A DNA stretch of 57,014 bases, counting the filler, from Sphacelaria rigidula (taxonomy: Eukaryota): assembly GCA_964200075.2 (NCBI GenBank). It is 7 parts of 7 records of this genome, joined end to end, with 100 filler letters (N's around TTAATTAATTAA, not from the genome) between each part and the next. Parts side by side here need not be neighbours in the genome. Positions count along the whole stretch, not along the records: positions 32,638 to 40,696 come from CAXNAA020012461.1; positions 40,797 to 48,855 come from CAXNAA020012462.1; 5 more parts are not named here. One strand, given 5' to 3'. Below, one piece after another: positions 35,461 to 47,592 of the stretch. Made by a program: the position numbers and the translations under genes. A model generated the notes under the pieces. It searched no databases and had not been told where the DNA came from. It saw only the letters and a program-made list of their open reading frames with translations. Within the stretch, counting starts at the first letter, position 1; every line of letters starts with the position of its first letter.

Positions 35461-37850
35461 TAGGATATGCCAACAGAAGTCTTGGGACACAGGGGATAAA
35501 ATCTGCCTGTCCCGATGCCGAACAGCTAGATCCGTACTACATAGCACAGGGTCATGCGGTCGACTGCGCCGTCGAAGCGTATCGAAAACCTCCTCAAGCC
35601 GTCACAGAGGGCGGGTATCTAGCAGTCGAAACTTACCACGCGGCCAAAGTGCACACCGCATGGACTGACGCAGGGACCGAGCTATTGGTGTTGGCATATG
35701 ACGACCCCGACGCCGTGGGAATAATCAAGTCGCACGAACAGCGAGAGCGGAAGGATAAAGTACAAAAGGTCGTCAGGAAGTTCCATCCAATGTCAACCGC
35801 GGCCCTTCCTAGGGGGTCAGGCTTCCAAAGCTTTTTTCGGCAAAACAACAAACACGTACGGAACTACCTTGCCAGCAATGCTTTCGAGCGAGAACTAAGC
35901 GAAAACCACGACGGGCCCTTGATCGTAACATATGGGAGTAGATTACCGCCAACCCTACGTGGTCACACGCAGATACATGTGGCAGAAGAAGCACCGAATG
36001 CAGGCGAAGGAGGGTGCGACACGGCAGCGGCGGTTATGGCAGACGAAGAGGGATGTAACGGTGTGGATGACCGCGGGTGGGGTAATGCGAGCTGGCCATG
36101 GATAGCGCAAGTGTTAATGACCGAGCTACCGGGGGGGGCGGTGTCGATGAAGGCGGAGCTAGCGATGTCAGACGCGAGCGTTTCCGGCGACGGGCCGGCG
36201 GAGGCAGTCTGCGGGTCGAATTCAGCGGCGGCGGCAGGTGGACGAGGGGGGTGGGGGGGGCGGTGATGCTGCCGGTGTTGGGAGCCGCAGCAGGATTTAC
36301 GACGGACGGGGTTATCGGCGGTAGTGCTGTGCGAGGGGCGGCCCCGCACACATAACTTGAGGCGTTGGCTGGTGGGAGAGGGCGTGAGAGAGCGGTCGCG
36401 GCGATGAGGGAACCACACGTAATGATGGCCGAGCTACCGGGGCGGTGGTAACGGCGATGGAAGTAGTGATGTCAGGCGCGAGTATTTTCGGCGGCGGGCT
36501 GACCGCGGCGGGCTGCGGGTTGAATTCAGCGGTGGCGGCAAGCGGATGAGGGGAGGGGGGACCGGCGATGCCGCCGGTGTCGGGAGCTGCGCGGCGGGCG
36601 GAGTCATTGGCGACAGTGCTGCCGCAGGGGCGCCCCCGTGGACGTATCTTGAGGCGGTGACCGGTGGGGGAGGGCATGAGGAGGCGGGCGCGCCGACGAG
36701 GGCGCCACGCGTGGATGTTGGCGCGAGTGCGGGGGTTCGGGCGATTCCAAAATCATACCATGCGGCGTTTTCAGGTGGCGAGGGGCCGGGAACAGCGCCG
36801 GCAAAAGCACGTCTGCCAGGCGCGGTGCCCCCCTCAGCGATCTACTCACGACTCGCAAGACCATCTGCTGTGGTGGCGTCATGGCAGTGGGCCTGATCGG
36901 AGTATCCACAGCGCAATCGGGCCCGGCATAGGTGAAGGAGAGATTTCCGCAGTCCACTTTGTCACCCACTCGGAGAGGTTGTTCGAGAAGTAATTGACGA
37001 AGTGGCTCATAACTTCCAACGATACTGATCGATGGATTATCGTCCTCCTGGCTATGGCCACAGGGTGGATACCGCCGCAGGGCGCCGGCGCAGTTCAGGC
37101 TACTGTCAAACGCATCGTGAGCGGTGGCCCCCGGTATACACTGGTGAATCGGGTGTACAGGGCAATCGTGGATCTGAGGGACGGCAACGAAATTGCTTGG
37201 CCCCCCGGCGAGCAGTATGCTTGGCTGACGACACATATGAAGGTGGCCCTGTTTGTTTTCACCCATCTGTTGGCTGGCTGTGACTTCCTGCCGCGCGTGT
37301 CCGGGATTCCCTTCTTGAAGATGTGGGACTTCGTGCTGAAGGCCGTGCGATCTCCGAACCACTTCACGAAACCGATAGTGGTGATAGGAGACCCCACCTC
37401 CCTCAGCGAACACACCCCTGTACTCCAACCAGCCACTCAAAGCGCTGACGGTGTTCCCATTTTTCATTCTCAGATGGCATCTCGGCCTGATGCTGTGTGG
37501 ACCTTTCCTGACGATGATCTCCGCACCCAAACCGGTGCTGAACTCTGTAGCCGCCCCACTCTGGCTATTGACGACCAGCCCAAGTCGGAACAATCTCCGC
37601 CCACGCGTGACGAAGCATATTACCAACTTAAGCAGACTCGCCCAGCTTTCATTCCCCCTCGCCATTGGTACAACTTTTCGGTGACTAAACCAGCCGAGGG
37701 CTGGGACCAGATACAGAACAACGGTCTAGCACAGATTGAACGTGCGATGAGAGTTACAAATTGCCCGCCTCGCCGCGGGTCAACGTGAGGGTTTTATGGG
37801 GTGCAGGAGCCCGTGCAGGTCCCCCGTAAAATAGATGTCCATTGCGAGAA
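35461..37850 (+). pseudogene. Interrupted XPG/FEN/XRN-like (PIN-fold) nuclease domain
   Basis: Motifs in order: HAVD, LVLAYDD..IIKSHEQRER, FQSFFRQNNK, [GC-rich insert], GEGE, one in-frame stop at 36991-36993, SNDTD, HLLAGCDFLPRVSGI, SPPT...W...P..GW, then a possible decayed Cys cluster near 37800. Confidence 0.8.
36110..36660. repeat. GC-rich diverged tandem duplication (about 305-bp unit x2) splitting the nuclease
   Basis: ccgagctaccgggg...gatgtcag(a/g)cgcgag...gaattcagcgg...cttgaggcg occurs from 36121 and from 36429. Confidence 0.8.
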
Positions 37851-40033
37851 CAAACCAACGGACCAGAACAACCAAGGGCGCGCGATACGCGAATCCACGA
37901 AAGCTCTGGAAATTGCAGATCGAGAATGTAAACTGGCCACGCAAAGACACTCAGACGCTTCGCACCAATTTTCACAAATCTGGCAAACCTGGCAACAACA
38001 ACTGCGTTCGCACGGTCGCCTACACCGCCCCAGACGCCACAATCGATTCGACGGTACTGATGATCGCTGACGTTGCCAAACGCCTGACCCACCTGACGTG
38101 ATACATTTCAACCACATGCACTGGCCCAATCACAAAACGGTAGACGTTTACACATGAGTGGCCCTAGTGCTGCGGCTGAAACCCGCCAGGACGGTACCCA
38201 CACAACATTGATGCTCACCTCACAAATTGAGAGCTTTCTGGGAACGTCCTATAAGTTCCGGAGATTCCAAATAGCATACAGTGGGGTAACCCAGACCGCG
38301 TTGCTTAGCCCAAAACCTAAGCGTCGCCACCTGTCTGTCCATTTCCTACTTCTGATGACCGTTCATTTCCCATTAGTTGGTACAATCCCACAATCGGAAA
38401 TAAACGATCACTGGTAACTCACCGCAGGAGTACCCAACAATTGCGACTTCGATGCAATTTGTTAGCGTGACCACATTCTCCTGGCATCGGAATTTTCTTT
38501 CGCTGGGCCAGGTCATACACATCAGCACGTGAATCCACGGCAGCCACTGCGGGTTCAACCATGTGGTGTGGGTTTCCTGGATATGCTGAAACTGTCTTGA
38601 TGGATTCCAAGATAGTCGAAGCCCGTGCACCATTGCATGGCTATCAATTGAGCAGTGACCAACACCAACGTTTAATTTTGGACTTGATCACCCAGTTTTA
38701 CATCCACCAGGTACTGATAATATTCAATCGAATCCCTTCTCTTCGGGGGAGAGGTCGTCATGTAGTGCTGTGTCTGACGCACCCGGAGCCGAAATATCTT
38801 TTGGTTCGGTAGACGCTCCCCCTTGGACCGTTCATCGGAGGATACCAAATTTAAAGCCACACACTCAAGCACCCCCCAGCTGCTTCAGTGCCCGGCTAGC
38901 CACCCTACCTAGTTCCGCGAAAACTACGGTACCCGGTTCCCTTTTATTAGATGAGCGTAAATATTCCTTGGAGGGTCGCAACCGCAAGGAACCCATGCTT
39001 TCTGTCGCTCAGCGGGTTGGAATGGAACCCCAAGTGACGACGACTCAGGCGGTGCGCCAAGAGCGTGACCTAGGTTCGACTGTCCGAGAACTCATTTCAA
39101 TAGCCCCTGGAGCCGCCGACCCTTTCGTGCGCTATATGCGTCACCCTATGCGGGCTCCTCCAGATGATCTAGTAGATAACCCTGAAGTAGCAAGCGCACG
39201 TGAACTCCAAGAAAGAGATTGCGTGTCAGCTCAAAAAGATAAAAACCTTGTCCCTTGATACGTGATCCATAACCAGGGACAGCTAGACACGACTGATGAA
39301 GTCGATCAAAGGACACGGCTGAGTCGATCATGTTGATGTAGAAGAGTAGTACTACATAGCTTGACTAAGCAAGTCAAGGAAGGAAAAGAAGGAAGAGAAC
39401 GAAGTGACTGGGTGTGGCTACCCCAACCCGTGACAAGCAAATTTTGCGTACGTAGGTACAAGACATGCGCCTACTACGGTATCAAATCTCACCGCATGTA
39501 ACTGTCACAACCCGTGAAGACGGATACCTCTGTACCGTGGCTGATCAGTACTGTAGACTACACTGAAAATGCTGTGTTCACCTCAACACCCTCCTTGGGT
39601 AGTCGTTTTAGTAGTAGGCTCACGGGAAACCAATCTAGACAACGATTGATCCTGTGGGCGGGGGTGTCTCCCAAGACCACTCACGTCACTGAACAGGTCC
39701 TGTCGGAGAAAAATCGCACCTGCCCCCCTATAGACAATACATACCAGAATCATATGTGTGCCCCTTCTTTCGAAAAGTTACTGTACTTCAAATCTCTCTG
39801 TACCTCATTCAAATTCTTGCGCTCAAAGATCCCAATCACCGTTCCCAGATCCAAAACCAAGCTCTATTGGAACTGGGATAATAATGATATCCATACTTGG
39901 AAATTTGCGAATAATCTTTAATGTTCTGCGCTTTCCCATGGTGCAAGCAATACGGTGCACACTGAGTATCGGTTCAAACATGTATCCAAACCTGCAGCAT
40001 ATAAAAAAATCAAGACTCTCACGCTCATCTTGC

Positions 40034-40204
40034 AGTACAGCGGGCGCATCAAGTGCACATACCCTATTTTTCAAACTCCGAGGTATCAATCTTCCAAACA
40101 GAAAAACAGATAAACCTTCAGCTCATCTTTCGAAGTACAGCGTGCGCATCATCAGCTGCACATGTCCTATTTCTAAATCTTCGAGACATCAATCTTCCAA
40201 ACAG
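40034..40204 (+). repeat. Direct repeat, about 70-bp core with about 100-bp spacing
   Basis: gtacagcg(g/t)gcgcatca...tgcacat...cctattt...atcaatcttccaaacag occurs twice. Confidence 0.7.
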
Positions 40205-40696
40205 CACCCGTGGACAGATACAACCCTGTGGGGCGCACAGTGCAGGGTCCGCCGTACAGGATCCTCCACAGTCTTTGTGAAAAAACCCTGGCAGTGAAAA
40301 GCCAAATCTGTACCCCTCGTAGCGTTTTGATGGGGTTTTCCCCAGGGTTAGATTTGAAGCCCTGTGTAGGCACGTCGGCAAAGCCCTGCACAGTCCTGTG
40401 GTAGTGTTTTTGTGAAAAACCCCGACGTTTTTTTTTTATTCCAAATATTTTGGTACAAGATCTGTAAATTTATATATTTTCAATGAATAGCTTGTCCTCC
40501 TGTCCGAGGTAAATTCCTCTTCACCCGATTTGAATCGAGCGAAAAGGAATTTATTTTGGACAGCAGGGCAAGCTATTCAAAACAGATCCTTTTTTTGCCC
40601 AATTTATTTCGGCAAAAAAACGATTTATTTCGAACAGCTTCTAACAGCCGATCATCTATGTTGAGGATGGTGCTTTTTATTGAGGATGAGAACCCG

Positions 40697-40796
40697 NNNN
40701 NNNNNNNNNNNNNNNNNNNNNNNNNNNNNNNNNNNNNNNNTTAATTAATTAANNNNNNNNNNNNNNNNNNNNNNNNNNNNNNNNNNNNNNNNNNNN
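40697..40796. other. Artificial contig linker
   Basis: N run with TTAATTAATTAA. Confidence 0.97.
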
Positions 40797-40851
40797 GGGG
40801 GGGGGGGGAGGGGGGTGTGGGGGGGGGGGGGGGGGGGGGGGGGGAAAAGGA

Positions 40852-40884
<33 letters not shown>

Positions 40885-41184
40885 GTACTTATTTGTTGCT
40901 TGCCTTAGCTGTTTGACCGTTGACCACGCAGCCCTTTCGAGACGCAGGGGCGGGGGAGGGGAGTGGGGAAATTATGATAAACCCTTTTTTTTCGTGCCCC
41001 GAACTGGGAATCGTTTCACTGGGGACGTGCTCCACGGGAACGACACACGAACGCCGGTATACTTGATTTCATGCCCTAATCTACTCTGATATTCCATTAT
41101 ACGCCGGACGCACGTGAAGGGAAAAAGGAGTAGTAGCATGCGCACAACAACCTCAAAATGCTGCAGGACATGTGTTAACAGTAC

Positions 41185-41257
41185 CTGGGGATCCTTTTCA
41201 CCGCTACGACTTCGCCCGTCTCCTTGTGCACAGCGGCTGAGACAGTACCGTAGCTCC
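41185..41257 (-). CDS. Ser/Thr protein kinase, exon 2 (subdomains I-II); rest of the gene is off-contig
   Basis: cag|GG AGC TAC GGT ACT GTC...GCG GTG AAA AGG ATC CCC AG|gtac encodes (G)SYGTVSAAVHKETGEVVAVKRIP. It completes LGSGSYGTV with exon 1, phase 1. Confidence 0.9.
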
Positions 41258-42769
41258 CTGCGGACGTGCGGTTTTTTCACGGGACGGAGGAAGTAAAGGC
41301 GCAGGTACCTTGAGAGAGCGAGGACTGGGTGGAAGGATAGTTATACAGTGCAGTACAGTACCGTAGTACGAGACGTCGCCGAGGAGAAAAAACGTCAACG
41401 TTCAATGCTGAGAGGAGCCACTCTTATGGATTTGTTCTTCACCTTTATCTTCAACGCTTTTTTCTTTTGCTCTTTCTTCTTCTTTTTCTGTGTCTTTCTC
41501 TTCTCTTTCCTCTCCTTTGTTTCTCTTTGTGGTATTTTTTTCCTCTCCTTCTCTCTTTTTTCATTATATTTTGTCATCATTCACTCCTCATTTCTCTTCC
41601 TTCTGCTTTTTGTTTTCGTTGTTGTTAACTCGTTTTTCTCGTTTTCTTCCCCTTCCCTTCCCACCGCCGTCTCTTGTCATCATTCGCCTTTCTCGAATCT
41701 CCTTGAGCGAGTGCTTCCGTCTATCTTTCTCGCAGATCGGGTGGGCCCGTGATGTTGTGGTGCGGTGTGTCTAACCCTGCGCACTGAACCTGACACTTGA
41801 AAAACGAACCCGACTGATGTACGTCAGGTCGGCATGCCATTCTGGCAACGTAACTCTGCGAAAGTTCAAAATACTGGCTTAGGGTTTGAGCGCGAGGGTT
41901 TCTAATACAGTGATTCTCCATTCCTCGGATCTCAGCACTACCCCAAGTCTTGTACCGACGTCCGAACTCACTCCCAGAAACTGCTCGCGTTTTCTCGTCC
42001 AATGATCTCTCACTCTCACCAATCTGTAGACGGCAGTGCTCGGGGATGATCGAGCGGGGAAGGGGGAAGATGCTCTCGGCGGAGACCACATCAGTCATTG
42101 ACAGTAACGAGGCGTGCCTACCTCGGGGCTGGGGGACCACGACACTTCCAACTGGCAAATAGAATCATGAAAAAATCTTAACGCTACTCGTCACAGAAAA
42201 ATGATGCACCGCCCCCTGAGACTTATGCCATCCATTGCCTCTGAGGCTGACGCCAAGAGAAATGGTAAGCTGCTTTCAGCGAAAATGCAACCTTTCTGTT
42301 GGTGGCGGAAAAAAATGGGAGGGGCGGGCAGGGGGAAGGGGGGGGGGGGGGGGGGGCACTGCAATATACGGGCCCACCTGTATCCAGCCCTTTCAGTATT
42401 TTGATTTCGGTACTTTGCATGGTATACACCTCCGAACGAGGAACTGGGCCTTTCACGAACTATTAAACGTATTTTCGTTCGTTACATTTGCTGCGACCAT
42501 GAAAGTTACACCGTATGGGAAGACGACCGATGCAAAGGTCAAGTGAATTGGCACAACGGCAGAACTCAATTCCATGTACTGAAAATATCAGCAGAATCAT
42601 ATGCATAAACTGTGCTAACTGCGCCATCACCACGAAAGTGACGCCTGACTCGTGGATCGCTGCAAACTAACTCACTCCAGAGCAGGTAATGCAGGATCAT
42701 ATGGCACTGAGCGGTCATCCAAGGCATTCAAAGTTTTCTCGGTGATTGCCAAGCGCGCCCATAGACTGA

Positions 42770-43320
42770 ATCTGGGAAACCATGCCGCCCCCCCCTCTCG
42801 GAATCTATGGAGATGGCGTCGATTGGCAATGACGCTGTATAACATGCCACTCACTGCGTAAGCAACAAGGTTACCATTTCTTTTTGCGCTTGCGTTATTT
42901 TTGCGGTAAATATGATGGTGATCGAGCTATATCATTTTGTGTGGGTTGGAGAACCCGAACTCCGCTCAAAGGGGATGATCGTACTATGTAGTGTTTACAT
43001 GGTGAGACATCCATGAGGTAATGTGTAAGTCGTGGCTATATCTGGAAGTGGAGATACCAGAAAACGAAGCAACTCATCAGAGACTGTCCTTCAAATGCCA
43101 GAGAACCAGTACGCTCGGGCCGAACAATCTTGGCAGGATGCAGCTCATCCTTCATGCGACTCGCCAAACACATCACGACGCTTCGCGGTTGGTCATTGAC
43201 AGCGAGCCTGTTCCGGCGAAAACCCGGCGTGCTCCGTTCTGGCTGTTGTAGGGATGGGAGGTCAATGGTCGTATGACTCCGACATGCATGATCATGAGTA
43301 CACCCCCCGCCCCCCCTCGT
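42770..43320 (+). repeat. Intronic dispersed repeat, copy A (about 550 bp)
   Basis: Collinear with 43760-44310 (gccactcactgc, ggagaacc, cacatcacg.cgcttcgcg, tccggcgaaaacccggcgtgctcc, gatcatgagt.caccccc). Confidence 0.8.
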
Positions 43321-43759
43321 GAGGGAAAACTTAAACTTTTAGACGCAAGAAGTTTCCATAACGTACAATACTTCCGGAGTCTCAGTTGATCTGTTCCTCC
43401 CGTTCATTGTGTACATGTTCAAGGAGTGCGGTGGGCCAGAACCCTCTGCTTTGTTTTATTGGTGAGGTATCACTAGTTATAGTGGGTAGCAAGCAAGACA
43501 CAAAGACAAACTTCACGTATACAAAATCAACCGAACAAAATAAAGGAACACCTACTTGAATCTCAGGCTGTGAAGACCTATTAAATTGGGTTTGTAGTCG
43601 TATGCAGGTGCATTTCGGCACTAGGCGTTTCGATGTGGAGCAATACTCGGCTAACATGTTTCCAATTATGTATACTTGAATGTGGTGTATCTACAGCACT
43701 CTAATCCCATACTCGCAGAATAGCGACATGAGCACGATATTCTGTGAATGCGAGATACC

Positions 43760-44310
43760 ACCCTCCCTCCCCCCGAATTTCCTTTCGCAGAGTTGGCGTT
43801 GGTTGGCAAAAAACGCTGTAAAACACGCCACTCACTGCAAAGCTAGGCAACCAGGTTACCGTATTTTTTTCCCGCTTGCATTCTTCCGCGGTAATCATGA
43901 TGGTGGTCGAAGTAGATCATATTATGCGCGGGGTGGAGAACCTCACCTACGCGGCAAGGGATGCTCGCACGACGCAATGTTTCGGTGTTTAAATGGTGAG
44001 ACACCTTTGAGGCCCTGTGCAACCCGTAGCTGTATTTGGAAGTGGTGGTAACGGAAAATGAACCAACTCGTTGTACGCTGGTGTCCATATACAAGATCAC
44101 TACAAAAATACGCTTCGGGCCGAAAAATATCAGCAGGAAGCAAGTCACCCCTCCTTGTGATTCGCCGAACACATCACGGCGCTTCGCGCTTGGTGACTGC
44201 GAGCCTGGTCCGGCGAAAACCCGGCGTGCTCCATGCCGGCTCTGTAGGAATACGAGGCCAATGGCCATATGACTACGGCATGCAAGATCATGAGTGCACC
44301 CCCCTCGCGC
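43760..44310 (+). repeat. Intronic dispersed repeat, copy B
   Basis: Collinear with copy A at 42770-43320. Confidence 0.8.
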
Positions 44311-45448
44311 CGAACCCCCCAGACCCCTCGCCTGAAACCACCATTTTTCATGTTCAGGAGCCATGGTGTCTTTTCTGAGGCACGCAGGCACCCTTGACGG
44401 TTGCCTGTGCCTGTTGTGCCGCACGTGGTCGGCGATGCAGAGTCTTGTACACAGTGCAAGTACTTGTATTATGTGTAGTTTCACCATTTGTCATTAAATG
44501 GGACCACATGTAGCGCGAGGACGAACAGGCTCAACATATATACACCTCTATACGAAGTCAGTTGTACGGGGTACAGCACCGGACCGTCTATCAACGCGAG
44601 CAACGTCACACACGTAGTGGGGGCCCTTTGGGGTGTAGAGACCACCCTAGGACATGGAACAAGCTTAATCACAATCCCCTCTACTCTGCAACACGCACAT
44701 CCCGCGGGCCGACAGGGATCAATCGTTGGTGCGTCAGTATACCATGCAACTCGATGAGCTCCCACTTTTCCGGGAACGTTGGAGTTTCGTAGTCATCGTT
44801 GACATCACAACATGAAGATGGGGGGGAATATGCTAGGAGGGGGGGGTGCGGAAGGGGGGGGGTTGAGGGGACATGTCGAATAGACTCGTCATCCAAATAG
44901 CACCCACTTGTAGACCACAGCTAGGAGACATGGAAGTTTTGGACCAGCAGTTTCTCGACAGATCAGCCGTTTCCGATCTTTGGGGGATGCAAAGTAGAGG
45001 GCATCAGGGTCAAACCGGGTATGTAGAGTGCATGACAGCACTCGTAACACACTCAGTCAAAAGAGCTCGCGATATCCTGTTCGGCAATGTCTACGTCGCC
45101 GCCGGGTAGTAGCTTGTTGTTTTCATTGTCCTGGGTTGTACAGGCCGTGAAAACAGAATGGGGTACGTAAGTCCATGCATCGCGTATTGTATTCGTAGAG
45201 TAGAGGCACCAGATACTACTGTACAGAGTTCATGTTTCTCTGCTGCGAACGAACAGATGGCTCCCCCCGTTTTGCATCACCGACAACGAACACTGCATCA
45301 AGCTTCTTCTCGCTTTCCCCCTTGTTTCTGTACGTATCGTGCCCGATCAACAGCCTATATGTGACACGCAACAAAACGGGGATGCGTGAAGCCGTTGCAG
45401 CAGTAGAGACGGCCCAGGTATTGTAGTGCAAACAGTGCGTAAACTCAC

Positions 45449-45875
45449 CGCTTCCCAAGGTGTTGTTCTCGACATCTATGTAGACGTCTGAAAACCTCCT
45501 TCCCTCTGTCGACACCGACGGATAATCTGCAGCAGCAGCTGCTGCTGCTGCAGCAGCCACAGCAGCACACACGAGCGAGGCGGAATTGCTTATATGGGTG
45601 CCCTTCTGGTGACCACCGTTGCCGCTACTGGTAGCAGCTGCAATCGATCCAAGATACGGCCGGTAGCCAAGCTGGAGAAGCCCGGCACTATTGTTGAACC
45701 TGAATTTTGTTGCACATGATGCTACTGCTGCTGTTGCTCTTGTGTGCTGTTGTTGTTGCTGCTTCTTCTGCTGCCCATTCTGATGGAAGCTTCGGATTCC
45801 TCTACGACGATCGAGGAAGATAGTAGAAACGCGGCGACCAGGTATCTCTAGCCTGCTGCGAAGGAGCCTCTTCAT
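45449..45875 (-). CDS. Ser/Thr protein kinase, exon 1, with an Arg-rich presequence-like N-terminus and polyQ/polyA tracts
   Basis: ATG at 45875, 427 nt, ending RFSDVYIDVENNTLGS-G|gtgagt (phase 1), compatible with the exon at 41257. Confidence 0.82.
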
Positions 45876-46062
45876 GTTGCGGTGTTATTGTGACGGATCC
45901 TCGAGGTCACATGTTCCTTAGTGGAGGTGAACAGGAGGGGTCCTGCTACGCCTACAGTATCTAGCTCCAAAGCACGGCCAAATCATCTATCGTCATACTA
46001 CACTTTTCTTGCAGCCGATCACGGCGTTGCGCATTTTCTCGGGTAGATGAAGCAGCAGCAAG
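45876..46062. promoter_or_regulatory. Putative bidirectional promoter/5' UTR region
   Basis: Only 187 bp separate the divergent ATGs of the kinase and the lipin; no specific element identified. Confidence 0.55.
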
Positions 46063-46133
46063 ATGAATGTCCTCAGGGGAGCTAAGAACTATGTCACAGG
46101 TGCGCTGGGCCTTGGTTCATCGGGCGAGCATAG
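46063..46133 (+). CDS. LPIN: Lipin / phosphatidate phosphatase family (N-LIP domain), exon 1
   Basis: MNVLRGAKNYVTGALGLGSSGEH-AG|gtgagt, phase 2, joining exon 2 to give HSGALDV. Confidence 0.8.
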
Positions 46134-46400
46134 GTGAGTTCCTCTGTTTTTTTTTGTGTCAACATCTCTATATAGCAGGAAAATGCAAATACTGTGACGC
46201 GACGACGGTCGCTTCCGAAGATGTTGATGACCTCCCAGCACGAGAAGGTGAACGGAACATTGAACATTCTCTCGAGCCATACAGCTCCTCATGTTGTGGT
46301 ACTACTGCCTTCAACCTGTAAGGGCAGGTCAGCGTGGAAACTTGTACAAAAGTGTAGGTATCCATTTATATTCTCCGCATGTCGTCGTGGCGCTGCAGCG

Positions 46401-46431
<31 letters not shown>

Positions 46432-46765
46432 TCTCGCTGCTTCCCTCTCTTCCCCTTTTCTCTCAGCTGTGAATCATCCCGCGTTTTGCCGCGGCTGACT
46501 GTACAGGCAAGTATGCTTGAACGCTCGAACCCGCCAGTTTCCTCTCTTCGTCAACTTGCTGCTGTGTGCATCGAACGCGTGTCGCTCCAAGCCTCTCCAA
46601 CACTGTGTGTCGCGCGATCTCAACACTAATATTCATCCGTCTGCTCGTCTGTATGTTTATGTACCTCTCCACCTGTTAACTCCCTCTTGTTACGTGTGCG
46701 GACATTCTTGTGTCGTTCCTTCGTTGCTCGCTGGATTTTCACCACACCCGTCGCCGACGTGACAG

Positions 46766-46844
46766 CGGCGCTCTGGATGTGATGGTGGTTCAGCATGAAG
46801 ATGAGGTGATGGCGTGCACGCCGTTTCACGTCCGCTTCTCGAAG
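46766..46844 (+). CDS. LPIN: Lipin family, exon 2
   Basis: cag|C GGC..., SGALDVMVVQHEDEVMACTPFHVRFSK|gtgaaa matches the N-LIP signature SGxIDxIVV...PFHVRFGK. Confidence 0.9.
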
Positions 46845-47592
46845 GTGAAACGGATCAATCCTATGTTCGCGATGACAGATGTTCGTATCGACGTTTGGCG
46901 TTCATTGTACTGTACTCTGCCGTATTGTGCTCTGACAATATACAAGCAACCTGTCACTCCATAGCACGCCCGCGTTGCATCTCACGTCACGAGAAATGGT
47001 TAATATTGACCAACTTAGCATATCCTCATCAGCACGCCAGCGTTGCATTCTGTGTCACAGGGGGTCACCGACTGACTGCTACAAAATGCAAGGCAACTGT
47101 GCTCTGAAAAGGCTGCACTCGAGGTCTTGCGAGGTAGCGCGTGCAGCCAGTGCGCAAAACCGAGTATACTCCATCGTATATTGGGAGAAATTCAAACATG
47201 GTGTCGAGGCAACAACGTGATCGGTCTGTACCTTCCCTTTCATGCATGAATGTGCTCAAAATGACTTGGGGGGCCACGGCTAGGCATATACACATGTGTA
47301 TGACCTCTGCAGTCTTGCAGTGTTTATTGTTTCCATGCATATGTGTGCAGAACGTGCAGCCCTTGTTCTGAGACGCGTTCACATCAAATGTGCTTAATTA
47401 TGCTGGTGTTGATCCTTTTTTCTCACTAGGGTGGGTCGCTTGGATCGTGCAATTTCTATTTTCCACGTGCAGTGGTGCCGGTTCGACAGACGGCACCTTG
47501 ACGGTCAAGGAATAGAAAAACAAGGCTACCTCTGTTTAGTGTTGAACAGTGTGTTCGAATTTACAGCTCATGGCACCTGTGGGATCATGCGC

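Larger units (their letters stand above)
32909..37900 (+). mobile_element. Degenerate large DNA-transposon-like element, copy 2 (AcademX-like); may extend further right
   Basis: Shares the left end ccccctgtgaaacc..acct.cgg.gttatgggagagcaccgcgc and collinear blocks with copy 1. It encodes an XPG/PIN-fold nuclease relic. Confidence 0.65.

Noticed and set aside
35461-37788. Host XRN1/XRN2 or FEN1 gene, or an integrated giant-virus gene
   Set aside because: It has an in-frame stop and an insert, sits in a multicopy element, lacks other XRN blocks, and no viral hallmark gene is recognisable on the contig. A viral origin is not formally excluded
41348-41752. Phe-rich membrane-protein-like ORF
   Set aside because: It is a translation of a T/C-rich low-complexity tract in the kinase intron
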